A program made the position numbers and the translations under genes. From NCBI GenBank assembly GCA_051362555.1, contig CM120647.1:15166651-15230650 (forward strand): a stretch of DNA of 64,000 nucleotides, in the 5' to 3' direction. Of this stretch, positions 12,249-24,878 are shown piece by piece; position 1 is the stretch's first letter, and every line of letters begins with the position of its first letter. Origin of the DNA: Lingula anatina. Its lineage: Eukaryota; Animalia; Brachiopoda. The notes beneath the pieces were generated by a model. The model did no database searches and was not told where the DNA came from. It saw only the letters and a list, made by a program, of their open reading frames with translations.

Positions 12249-12944
12249 TTAATAAGATGAGCTGTAGAGAGAATGTCATGGTTTTAATGCTGATAATCAA
12301 AATCCATATTAAAGGCAGTGCGGAGCAGAAGAAAGAATTAAAACACTGCCAAAATAATATCAGGCGATGAAGACAAAAAGAGGTGGTTTGAGGGATGTCA
12401 CATGATGAACCGTATCGGAGCATGCGCAGAAGTTGCTGCCGCCATTGTCTTCCTCTGCAGCAGAGACGCATCCTTCATCACGGGCGCCGATCTCCCGGTA
12501 GATGGCGGGTTCACGGCAGTAGGCCCTGAAAGGCATGGGAAAGACGGAGCCAAGTTTACGGGCACGATCCCAGAGTAGATGCTGCGGCCGTCCTTCACTT
12601 AGAACTAGGCCAAGTTTCACTGTGCAGTGGCCCAAATGGTTCCGACCACGTGCCCATTGCCCTTCCATTTTAGAAAATAGAGGTGAATCATCTCGCGACA
12701 CCACGAAATTAAATAGTTGGTAGAAAATGAATAGAAAATCGCCAATAAAATAACTGGTCCTTCTATGTTTAATGCCTCACACGATACGTTTTGGATTCAT
12801 TTTAAATAATCAATTATACTCTCTCCATTCATACCTTTACAACCAATAATGGACTACTTTTTCGTATTGTATCTTATTTTTAATTGAACCATGCTTGGTA
12901 GTGAGATGTGTGTAAAAATAAAAATGCCAAATTATACCAATAAT

Positions 12945-13203
12945 AACTAGAAAAGCACTCAGAGAGCGCAGACCTCCGCCAAGGCAGTAAAGTCTCCATC
13001 CACTGCCGTTTCACCCCTAAATTTTCGATATTTTTGATTAGTGATTATTGATACGGATCACCACCAAAAACTAATCATCTGTTCCTTGGTCCGCTTCTGA
13101 CAGTTCCTGAAAATTTCATCAAAATCGGTCCATAACTTTTTGAGTAATGTTGATGACAGACAGACAAACAGAAGTGCAAACATAGCCTCCTTAGCGGAGG
13201 TAA
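12945..13203 (+). mobile_element. HINE/DINE-1-like (Helentron-associated) non-autonomous element; further copies at about 15021-15210 (partial) and 21231-21552 (reverse)
   Basis: aactagaaaagcactc start, subterminal inverted acctccgccaagg / ccttagcggaggt, (acag)n microsatellite, A-rich insertion site with no TSD. Confidence 0.65.
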
Positions 13204-13359
13204 ATAAAGGTGCAGTGACATTTTGCAGTCTCTTTGAGGTGTTTATACTGTCACCTAGTATTTCAGAGATTAACACTTTTTGATAGTTGTATTGCAGGCT
13301 TTATCCAGACCCTTTGTTGTTGCATAAGCCCTCCAAAGGATAGTTCACAGATTATCCTA

Positions 13360-15012
13360 CAGGTTTACCACTTAATATGGAATATTATTTTTGGGCGAGT
13401 AAATTTTCTACAAAATATTTAATTTCTCTCTAACTTCTTTAAATCCAAAGCTGAGGTGTCACTCCATGTGTAGCCAGGTGTGTTACCTAATTACCACACA
13501 ACTCTCGAAACAATTGATGCATGCAGTTGCATGTTCTGTGGTCAGAAATGTGAGGGGTGGTCTTTTCGGCAATTTCTGCCCTTGTATAAAAACGCATGGG
13601 TTTGGTCAATCTTTGGAGTGTGTTTAGAGAAGCAACAAAAGGATCGCTCTGGAACTTGACAGGTACCTTAGTGAAGATATGGTTCGACAGCCAAGCAATG
13701 CAGCTTACTATGGGATTCTTGCTCTCAAAAAACTGGCCAGAAACGGACAGCCATTGCCAGGTAATTAAACATTTATCAGGAACCGTTTGTGAAGTCCTCC
13801 AAAGAAATGCTGCAACAGGGGCACCTACTCCAATACCTCGACCATGGTGTCCGCTTATCACACCAAGAAGACAGGATCGCCTTCTCCTTTGAGGACGCCG
13901 TGCTGGTCGTACAAAGAAAACCAGTGTCCTCAGAAAAGACAGAATGTTATTCAAACGCCCGTTTCAAGGTCCCACGTGAACAAAAGATTTCTGCAAGCCG
14001 GTTATTTTGCAAGAAGGCCAGTACGGAAACCACTGTTAACAGTAGGTCATATACAGCGACGTCTGCAATGGGCTGGGGACCCCGTGCGTTTGCAGCCAAA
14101 ACACTGGTTTCACGTCGTTTTAAGTGATGAGGCCAGATATTGATCTTTTAGGGTTGATCGTCGAATCCGTGTCCACCGACGTGTACGAGGGACATAAAAC
14201 GATGATTGTGTACTGCCTAGGGTGCAAGCAGGGGGTGGTAACGTCTCTGTTTGCGGAGCATTTCATGTCGGTGCCCAGAACCAGTTGGTTTTTCAAGGAG
14301 GCAACCTCATCCAAGATTCCTACAGAGACATTCTACAACAAACAATGCTTCGATTGGTAAGAGTCATCTTCAGGAACAACTTTGTGTACCAAGACGACTG
14401 CGCAACCCCACATCGAGGCCGCAGAATCACTGTTTTTCTTCAAAACCAATGGGTTCAGCAACTGCCCTGGTCTGCAAACTCTCCAGATATGAACCCAATT
14501 GAAAATCTGTGGGCGGAAGTAACTCACAGAATTAATAGCTATGGTCCTCGGTCGGTAAATAGTGATGGACTGCGACAGGCAAATGTCACTGCGTGGAATG
14601 ATATCCCCACCCAAACTCTAAAAAACGTGTCACAGGGTATGCCATGTAGGATGAGGGCGCTGCAAGCGGCTGCTGGAGGTCATACCCGCAATTACTGACT
14701 TTTCATGATTTACTGTTGTGAGTTCTTTGACTGTGTAACGTATCACTGTCCGGAGGCTATCTTTTCTTTTATATCTTATCTTAAAGTTTATACTGACTTC
14801 AAACTGTTGATATGGTTTTCTGGGGGTGTTCCTTTCTTTTGAATGGCATCTTATGTCAGATTTGATATTATTGACCAAAATATCTTCCAACAGAAGACTG
14901 GATGTTATTATCACTCAGTGACATACTTTTGTAATGACTCAAGCCAAAAAATTTTAATCAGGACTCAAAAATAACAATGATAAAAAATATTCCATATTAA
15001 GTAGCAACCCTG
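13360..15012 (+). mobile_element. Tc1 (DD34E) transposon, full length but with a disrupted transposase (about 13700-14698)
   Basis: TIR caggtttaccacttaatatggaatatt / aatattccatattaagtagcaaccctg; TA TSD; VLSDEARY, FVYQDDCATPH and WSANSPDMNPIENLW motifs with 34 residues between D and E; ORF split by frameshifts. Confidence 0.9.
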
Positions 15013-15704
15013 TATATTAAAACTAGAAAATCACTCCGAGAGCGCTGACCTTCGCCAAGGCAGCAATTTTTGATTATTATTGATTACTGATCGATTATTG
15101 ATCAGGATCACCACCAAGAACTAATAATTTTTTCCTTGATCCGTTTCTGTCAGTTCCTGAAAATTTTATCAAAATCAGTCCGTAACTTTTTGAGTTATGT
15201 TGATGACTTTATGTTCCGTATGTCCTTGACAATGGTCAAAGATATTCTGTATAGTTTTTTTTTTTTTTTTGGGGGGGGGGGGGAACAAATGTTATTTTCC
15301 CTTAAGAAAAAAATACCAACAATTTTAAACTCGTGACACGTTGCACAACTAGTCCTGAATTCGGTTTGGATTTTTTCCACCATTCCAATTAACTTCTAAA
15401 CCAAGCATCCTTGTTTCTGACCTTCTTAAAGAAGCTATCAACATCATTTGATGGATTTTCTAGTTGGGTGAGATCCGAAACTATGATGAATATTTAGACA
15501 AAAAAGTATGACTTTGGGAACAAATATGAAATAGGTATAAAATATCTTTAAAACATTGAAGCAGAGTCCAATACATGAGCTTCAAAAGTCACCTGACTGG
15601 TTGCATATGATTCACATTTTTCCAAGTAAAATACACACAGTCCTAGAACGTTACATAAATAAGGATATAATTTTAATTATAGTTAATATTTAAAAATATT
15701 CCTG

Positions 15705-17770
15705 TCATTTGACCTCTCCAACGACATGTTTCTTTCTCTCTCCGGTACAAACGGAACAGCGCCTGGCTTGCTATGTGTTCTTCTGTTAGCTTCCTTGGAA
15801 GAGTAAATACATAATTCTTGATATAAATTTATTTTAAAAAATTACAAATTCAATAGAATCATTTTACATTTTTACTTTCTAAAAGGTCAGTGAGTCTACC
15901 TTTCCTAAAGGAAGTGATATGAACAGTTTGCTATTATACGACTAAGTTTTGACTTCTAACAGAAATACATTTGTAATGTCTTCAAATTTTGACAGTCACT
16001 TATTTTGCAATTTGGGATTATATACAGAAGTGTCCATTGGTGTTTAATAGACTAAAGAAAATAAAATTTATGCTTAATACTAGGTCATTTCATATTGTTT
16101 TTTCATAGTATTTATCATTTTAAGTTTTTAATACTACTATTGATAAAACTTTAAACATTATTAACATACTTTCTTTTCCTTGATGGCTTTATATTATCTC
16201 TCTTATCTCCTGCGAGGCGTTATATAGATCATCTTGGGGACGTGGCGGTGACGGCTGATTTGGGGTTCGTGCGAAAATGTCTCCTTCAGTTTTTCACTAT
16301 ATGCAAATGCCTTTTTCTCTCTTGGTCTTAGCTGCGGCAAGAAAGAACTGATGTATTAATCGAAAGTAATATTTTTAAATGAAACTTTACTTGAATTACT
16401 TAAGCACCCCGCACACGGTGAGCAATAATAGTGTGACTGAATTGCGCAATACACTGCAATACAGCGCAACACAGCGCAATACACTTGATAACACAAGTCC
16501 AGTTGCAAGTAAACACAAGAAAGGGTAATCTCAAATAAAATAGGGTGATATAAAAGCAAAACATGGTACATAGTAATTAATATTGCTGATACAACTTGAC
16601 AAATCGGCACAATTTTTTCATTGTTTGGTCAGCCGCCGCGTTGGCGAGTAGCTCTTCTTGGCCAGTAATATATCCAAGAAGAGCCACTCGCCAACATGGA
16701 TGCCAACTGGACAATATAAAAGTCTTGCTGATTTGTTAAGTTATATCATCGATGTAACTTGCCTAGTAATAATGGTTGTTTTTATGTCACCCTACTTTGC
16801 TGGGAATGGTCATTTCTTTTGTGTAATTGCAACTGGATGTGATTTTTCAAGTGCATTGCACTGTGTTGCGCTGTATTGCGGTATATTGCGCAATTCAGTC
16901 ACACCGGTGAGGGGTGCAAGTGGCGCGCGCCACTTGCGCTGCGCCAGATGCTCGCGCTCCTCAGCTCCCCTCAAACTGTTCAGCAGAGGTGCCTCCCGGC
17001 CTGCTCCTATCGAACGCACCGCGAAATGTGGGATCATGTGATTAAGGAGCATTTCATATTAATTTTATTCTGAAAGAATGGAAAATGGTGACCACGTTAA
17101 TCAATCAGACTAACTATAACTGTGTACATTTTTGTTTACTTCGCTGGAGGCTTCCATTTTTCTTTGTTTCCGGCTACCGGCACATGCGCATTGTTGGCAT
17201 GACTTGAGCAATCGGCGCTTGCACCCCCCACCTGAGCCATTTGCCTCAAGAGGCCAAAAATATCTAACACGTGATAAAAGACAGTTTGTTAACTTAATTA
17301 TCAAGTCATTATTATTATACATTATTATTATTTATGAACATCCATAAACCAATTTTGGAATTCTAAATTTCTTTTTTTTTTCTAAAATGATCCAAAGTGA
17401 AATTCACCTTTCTCAATTTTCATTACAAAAGCAGCTCAAAATTTAGAAAGTTAGAACTCGCTAACAGGAATTTATGGATTGCAAATCTATGAACAATTTT
17501 GGAGAGAGTAAACTAAGATGATTAGTAACTTACTGTGATTGAGACTTTGAAAAAGATAAAAAGTCATGTGAAAAGTATCAAATAAAACTCTTACTATGCT
17601 TTTTTTTAAATAATAATTAATTATAAAAAGTAATTAATCATAAAATATAAATATAACTCATCACCTGTATTCAAAATACAGAATAGAAAAATATAAATAA
17701 TAAATAAAACTTTCAGTACTCCTATTCGTAAATAAAATAATAAATGATAGATAAAATCAATGATAAATAA
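15705..17770 (-). pseudogene. DCAF13: Longest duplicated DCAF13 3' fragment (last exon about 15705-15794, penultimate exon 16170-16331, preceding intron to about 17770)
   Basis: Collinear with about 41131-42370; indels and mutated acceptors; interrupted by a foldback insert at about 16405-17280. Confidence 0.85.
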
Positions 17771-17795
17771 GGCTCTCGCCACGCCTATTAAGAAG

Positions 17796-19402
17796 CAGGG
17801 CTCGGAATCTCGAAAGGTTCGCTATGTTGCGCACGCGCTATAGCATAGCTAGCGTGCGCTATTTGCTAGTGCGATTGCACCCACCTGCTATCTCGAAGCC
17901 TTAGCAGACGCAACGCAATTATAACCTCAAACTCTACTAATATTCGATTGCCGCATAAAGTGAAGACGTCATAACACAATTACACAAAATGCAATTTTTT
18001 TCACCATGACGCAAATCAAGAGGTTGTTTTAATTTATAGGAATATCATAATAACAAATACTGATATTTGAAGTATTTGACACCAATAAAATGTCAAAAAA
18101 CAATTCAATAAGCGAAGCTTGGACTGACACAATTACTGACACACTGGTGAGTAGTGTTCAGTCTCACAATAATAGACATGGAGGAAGGTGACGGTGCGAC
18201 CGAATGCTTTCTTTCTGCTTTTTCATTTTGTGTGGAAAATGACACTTTTAAATTTATTATTATTATCAATAGACTACACAGATGAATTAAATGCACCAGA
18301 AAATATAAAATGATGTATGAAATGTTTAATTTTGAAATTTTCTGCATAATAAAACATGACTTTGGCATTCTTCACGTGAATATTTACCGCAAGTTTTTCT
18401 ATCAGAGGTACCAGTGATTCAATCAATTAAAAGCTTCCATGTTTTTGTTATATGTTTTATTATATGCTTTTATGACTAGCAACCCAAACTTGCCACCATG
18501 TTTAAAGTCATAATAACTCTTCGTTTTGGCCAAAAATTGGATTTTCCTGGAAAAAACGGCAATTTTCCCGTACTTACCAATGGCCAACGACCCCATTCCT
18601 GCATTCAAAGTTAATCCAGGGTTTTTTTCCTAAACGTACGGTTTTTTGTTAAAATCTCTTAAGAGATTTTAACTGACGGAGCTCTCTCTGACATTGCAAA
18701 GTCACTGGTGACCTACTTAAAACCGCGGGAAAAGCAGACAACAACAACACTATATAAGATTCATGAGATATATTCGTCTTTTTGTTAAAAATGCATTTAT
18801 ATCCACAATGTGTGCCATTCTGGGCTTTTCGTTATCTGACGCACTGTACAAAAACTCGCAACTTACGTCTGAGGGTGTCCCGCCATGTTATTTTGGTCTC
18901 GAATGAACGCGAGAATCCGCGTGACACCATTACGTCATTAGCAACGAATGCACTTGTCGACCGGAAAAAAGGGATCGAAAGCCCTATTGACAAGCACAGA
19001 TTTTAGTTTTCCTACAATAACGGCCGTTTTAGTGGTAAAATACAATAGAATATATTTCCATGCGTTGTTTACAATGTATTTCATGCGGATTTTTGAATCT
19101 CAAAGGAAGAGTTATTATTGCTTTAATTACATGAAAGACATATTAAAATGACGAATTTTGCATTCGCAGAGGCCTTTGCGACTAGTTTGTATCGCCGCAA
19201 ATAATAGCCTCGAAACTAATGGCGATTTGGACATTAGCGCACGGCCGGGATTTGCGAAGCTTTCGAGATACGGGATAGCGCACGCTAGCCATGCTAGCGC
19301 AGGCGCTCAAAATAGCGATTCTTTCGAGATACGGGATAGCGCACGCTAGCCATGCTAGAGCGTGTGCGCAACATAGCGAACCTTTCGAGATTCCGAGCCC
19401 AG
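17796..19402. mobile_element. Non-autonomous long-TIR element (hAT-like ends) containing part of the 540-876 MITE
   Basis: About 65-bp inverted termini gggctcggaatctcgaaaggttcgctatgttgcgcac / gtgcgcaacatagcgaacctttcgagattccgagccc, with subterminal repeats at 19260-19360; no clear TSD. Confidence 0.65.
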
Positions 19403-20151
19403 GACTATCCCAGCGACCCACCCGGCAATAAAATCAGCGTTCAATCTCATGTTAAACCCCCTTTACACTGAACGGTGTCCTTTGTGCGTCCTTTGTGCGA
19501 CCATGAAACTGGCACCGTTGAGGTCGTAGAAAAAAAGCACAAGTATAGCTCTGGTTGCAGAATGAATGCTCAATGATGACATAAAGTATTATATTTTTTA
19601 CTCTCAAACGGCGCCGTGCTGCGGGACGCAGAAAGGACGCCGTCCAGTGTAAAGGGGGCTTGATTCTAGGGCAAGGGGGGGGGGGATTGTCCAGGGGGGG
19701 GGGTGTCCGGGGGGGGGGGGGGAGAGGATTGTTCTGATACCCCTTACGTCTGTCACACAATTATTATTCTGATCTCTAGGGCATGTGTGTGTCAGATGAA
19801 ATAAAGCGAAATACACTTGCATATTAAATCACACTATAGTTAGTCCCCTATTCTGAATGAGGCCTAAGCTGCTTAAGCTGAAAGCAATTTAGCGAGCAGC
19901 CCTTTAAGTTACGGGAACCCAGTCAAAAAACAGCATGTAAAGAGACGCTTCTTTAAAGGCAAAATGCTAAAATTGATTTTTCAAGGGATATAAGCACTTT
20001 TCTCGTACCAACGATCGATTAAGCTATCTTTACCTCTCTGCACTTGAATTCGACCTTTTAATTAAATTAATAAAAGTCGATTTAGTTTAAAATGACTGGC
20101 CAGTCATTATAACCAGCGACAATATCTTACTAAGCTCCGATGGCGCACCGA

Positions 20152-20182
<31 letters not shown>

Positions 20183-20293
20183 ACGCCCTCACACTAAAAA
20201 ACTGAACAATACTAGCAGGCCAACCCAAAATAGGTCACCAATTTCTCGCCTTTGATCTCTCAAAAAGGAAAACCAGGATAGGAGTGACTTAAG

Positions 20294-23289
20294 ATGGCAG
20301 CTCTTCAACCTAGCCTGGATGCAGCAAACACTAAGGACAGACTCAAGGGGCGTGTAGCTATAGTCACAGGGGGAGCCAGTGGTATAGGCAGTGCATGTGT
20401 ACGACGATTCTTGAATGACGGAGCACTTGTTGCCTTCTTCGACATCGACCAAGTTGCCGGGAAACAGCTGGAGGCTGAGCTCCAGGCGGCTGGCTTTGAG
20501 ACGAAATTTTACCAGGTCGACGTTTCCGACAGAGAGGCGTGCTTCAAGGCCGTTAGCCACGTAGCTAACCAGTACGGTGGCTGCATCAACTTTCTTGTGA
20601 ACTGTGCCGCGGTATTCATATATAAAGGTAAGTAGAAGTTACGGATTGCAAAAAACGCTTTCCGACACCCCACGAGCATTTCCCCAAAATCACTTAATTA
20701 TAAGTGCATGTTTGATAAAGACAGCATGTTTTGTGGCATTTTTTACAATCAGGGGGTGGCCTGGGAATAAAGATCACCAATTTGATGTAAATTGTTAGAA
20801 CCGGTGCTTTTTATTCCAGATAACGCGATTAATGGTTCAAACAAAATAGTGGTGAAAATATGCACATTTTATACCATTAGTCAAATTTATAACAGGTACC
20901 CCCTCAAACTTAATGTTTCACTGTGATTTCCACGGATGTAAAGGAATGTCTATTAAATTAAAAAGACGCCGTCAAATGTAACCAAATTCACACACAATTA
21001 GCATTAGGATGTGCTCGTGGGCGGGACAAACTTTTTGACCAATGTTGTATTTCCCAGTTTATATATCTTGTCTACATGCATCAACAGCAATGACCTGATT
21101 TAAGAATATTTGGGTGAACGGATCCACTGAATACACCCGCATAGACCTACCTGACGTAAGGTGCGAACGTGAGACAATTTAAAACTTAACTCGCGCTGTG
21201 ATCCATTATGCATGAACCCTTACTCATTTTTTTACCTCCGCCAAGGAGGTTATGTTTTCACCCCTGTTTGTCTGTTTGTTACCTCCCCCAAGGAGGTTAT
21301 GTTTTCATCCCTGTTTGTCTGTTTGTTACCTCCGCCAAGGAGGTTATGTTTTCACCCTCGTTTGTTTGTTTGTCATCAACATAACTAAAAAAGTTGTGGA
21401 CCGATTTTGAAGAAATTTTCAGGAAATGTCAGAAGTGGGCCAAGGAAGAGAGGGTTAGTTTTTGGTGGTGATCCGGATCAATTATTAATCAATAATAATC
21501 AAAAATCGCTGCCTTGGCGGAGATCTGCGCTCTCAGAGTGCTTATTTTCAATTCAATTCACAGAGCCAGAGCACGCGACGTAAGAAACGAGAGACTCGCG
21601 TTGCCTCTAGATAAAACAAAATCAGAAAAAAAAAACATTGTGTATGCCACTGTGGGATGGGTGATGGGTCAGGCTGGTCGAGGGGGGGGGGGTCCTGATA
21701 TCCCTGCTCTCTCCCCTCGGTTCTCAATATTAAATCAACGTTCGTCTTTGTTCACAGCTCTAGATGCCGACACGTCCGACTGGGCACAAGTCATGAGTGT
21801 GAATGTGGCTGGATACTCGAATATGGTACAGGCCTGCTTCCCTCACATGAAGACAGGTAAAATACACATCTCTCCTCCACTTTGTCCTCCTTCTTCTCCT
21901 CTCTCTCTCTCTCTCTCCTCCTCTCCATCTCTCTCTCTCTCTTTCTCCCTCTCTCTCCCCTCTATCTTCACCTGGTACGAGTATGAGCATGAATCCTTGC
22001 TGTCCACCGTAATAACAGCAAAACCTACATCGTGCAGCCAAGTCCTTTCTTAACCCCCCCTTTGCACTGGACGGCGTCCTTTCTGCGTCCTTTGTGGAAC
22101 CATTTAACTGGCCAGGTAGCCATTGAACGCTCAAAGAACGCACGGTCATAGCTTGGATCGCGCAGACGCCATGGTCACCGCAGTTTTGGGTATGTTCAAA
22201 ACGATCGCACAGAGAAAGAGACTGACCACACATGACACAAAAATTCAGACGCACAAGAGCGAATGACAACGAATGAAAACGAATGCATAACTCTCGTCCG
22301 GCGCGTTTGACGAATGCAGACGCATAACAACGCACTGGCCAAAATTGCCAGAGTTGCCAATTTTTTCGGTCGAGCGTCGACCCTGCGTCGTGTAGGTGTA
22401 ACCGGGGTATTTAGCGCACTGACCACATTTTTGATCGCAGAACTTGGAAGGAACGCAGAAAGTACGCCGTCTACTGTGAAGGGGCCTTTACTCCAATTTG
22501 AAAACAAATTTTCTCCATCGAAAAAAGTTAAAAAGTCAACATACCATCAATCTCCGTATATGAAATTTATCATATTTTGTCAATATTTTAGCAATTCGCA
22601 CAGTACTTAAGCAATATTTCACTGATATTTCACCAACACAGCCCAACCTGACGCCAGATCAGTCGTCAATATAGCTAGCATCTTCGCCCACGTGTCATCG
22701 TCCAATAAGTGGACGTACTGTACCAGTAAAGGTGCCGTGCTGGAGCTGACCCGGTGTATGGCACTGGACCTGGCCAAAGATGACATACGGGTGAACTCCG
22801 TGTCACCGGGATCAATAAATACGGCATCGGTAAGTGAGTGTGTGGCGAGAGAAAAAAAGAGGGAGAGAGGGGGTGGAGGGTATCAGAAGATTCACGGATA
22901 TCTTCAAATTTGATTGAAGGAACGCTGAATGAGGGTAGCTGAAGCGAGAATGTCATGGCTTTAATGCTGATAATCAAAATCCATATTAAAGGCTGTGCGG
23001 AAAAGAAGAAAAACAGAATAAAAACACTGCCAAAATAATATCCTTCATATTTCAGGTCGCAAAATTTTTCGCAGGCGATGAAGACCAAAAGAAGTGGTTC
23101 GAGGGATGTCACTTGATGAACCGTCTCGGCGAAAGCGCAGAAGTTGCCGCCGCCATTGTCTTCCTCTGCAGCAAAGACGCATCCTTCATCACTGGCGCTG
23201 ATCTCTCGGTAGATGGCGGGTACGCAGCAGTAGGCCCTGAAAGGCATGGGAAAGATGGAGCCAAGTTCACTGGCACGATCCCAAAGTAG
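20294..23289 (+). CDS. SDR oxidoreductase copy 4, intact, 284 aa (exons 20294-20627, 21758-21856, 22642-22829, 23056-23289)
   Basis: All introns GT-AG, phases consistent (334+99+188+234=855 nt); TGxxxGIG, acidic residue after beta2 (FFDID, NAD-preferring), NCAA, NIAS, YCTSK, VNSVSPG, VDGG. Confidence 0.9.
22053..22487. mobile_element. Harbinger-like non-autonomous element in copy 4 intron 2 (same insertion at about 11048-11439; short copy at about 19455-19660)
   Basis: ccccctttgcactggacggcgtcctt TIR family shared with 25146-26287; TTA flanks. Confidence 0.75.
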
Positions 23290-24595
23290 ATGCTGCACAT
23301 GTCCTTCACTTAGAACTGAGCAAAGTTTAACTGTCCACTGGTCCGAATGGTTCCTACCATCTGCCCATTGCCCTTCCATTTTAGAAAATAGGGGAGGACC
23401 ATCTCGCGACACCACGAAATTAAATCGTTGGTAGAAAAATGAATAGAAAAACGCCAATAAAATAACTGGTCCTTCTATGTTTAATGCCTTACATAATGCA
23501 TGGTTTAAATAATGCAATGCAGAATAACAAGATACAGTACGAAAAGTAGTGCCTTATTGGTTGTAAAGGTATATATGGAGAGTGTATAATTGATTATTTA
23601 AAATGAATCCAATGCTGTGTATTGAGATGAATGTCATAGTAAAATGCTTAACAATAACAATAATAATAAAAGTAGTGCAATTAGAAAGTCTCTTTGAGGT
23701 AATTATACTGTCACCTTATATTTCAGAGATTAACACTTTTTAGTAGTTGTATTACAGGCCGGCTTTATCCAGACCCTTTTCCGTTGCATAAGCCGTTCAA
23801 AGGACAGTTCACGGATTATCGTATATTACAATGAACTTCTGCTAGTGTAATCAAAGCATGTTCCATATTTCCTTGACAATGGTCAAAGATATTCTGTATA
23901 GTTTTTCTACAACAAATTTTATTTTCCCTCGAGAAATAAATGTAACTCATGAAACGTTGCACAACCAGGCCTTGTATTGGGTTTGGACCTTTTCTAATGA
24001 TTCCAACTTACTTCTAGTCCAGCCATCATTGTTTCTGGCATCCAAAAAGAAACTGTCAACATCATTTGATGGACTTTCTAGTTTTATAAAGTCTGAATTG
24101 GGTAAGATACGTAATCATGAAGGATATTTAGACATGAAAAAATATGACTGGCCAAAGATATTCTTTAGTGTTTTTGCACCAAATGTAATTATCCCACAAG
24201 AAAAAAGTTTATAACTCATGACACGTTGCACTACCAGTTCTACATTAGATTTGGATCTTTTCTAACAATTCCAATTAAGCTTACTTCTAAACCAAGCATC
24301 CTTGTTTCTGACATTCCAAAAGGAAATATCAACATCATTTGATGGATTTTCTAGTTTATAAAGTGTGAATTGGGTAAGATACGTAATCATGAAGGATATT
24401 TAGACATGAAAAAATATGACTTTGGGAACAAATTTGAAATAGGTATAGAATATCTTTAAAACATTGAAACAGAGTCCATTACATGAGCTTTAAAAATTAA
24501 CTGACTGGATGCATATGATTCACATGTTTTTCCAAGTAAAATACACAGAATGACAGTCCTAGAACATTACATAAATAAGGAAATAAATATTCCTG

Positions 24596-24683
24596 TCATT
24601 TGACCTCTCCAACGACATGTTTCTTTCTCTCTGGTACAAACGGAACAGCGCCTGGCTTGCTATGTGCTCTTCTGTTGGCTTCC
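24596..24683 (-). pseudogene. DCAF13: Duplicated DCAF13 last exon
   Basis: Matches 41131-41218; acceptor mutated to CAA. Confidence 0.85.
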
Positions 24684-24878
24684 TTGGAAGAGTAAATATA
24701 TAATTTTTGATATTTATTTTAAAAAAATAAGAAAATGATTTACAAATTCAATAGAATTGATTTCACATTGATTACTTTCTAAAAGGTCAGTCAGTAAACT
24801 TTTTCAAAAGGAACTTAGTAATATAATCAATCTAGTATTATACAACTAAGTTTTGACTTTTAACAGAAATACTTTTGT

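Larger units (their letters stand above)
9678..12578 (+). pseudogene. SDR copy 3, probable pseudogene (exons 9678-10011, 10780-10878, 11591-11778, damaged exon 4 about 12364-12578)
   Basis: Exons 1-3 are intact; a 30-bp deletion removes the exon 4 acceptor and first codons; the remaining CAG at 12361-12363 would splice out of frame. Confidence 0.75.

Noticed and set aside
22675-23517. 280-aa antisense ORF over SDR exons 3-4
   Set aside because: Shadow frame of the SDR coding sequence running through an intron microsatellite; not open in other copies
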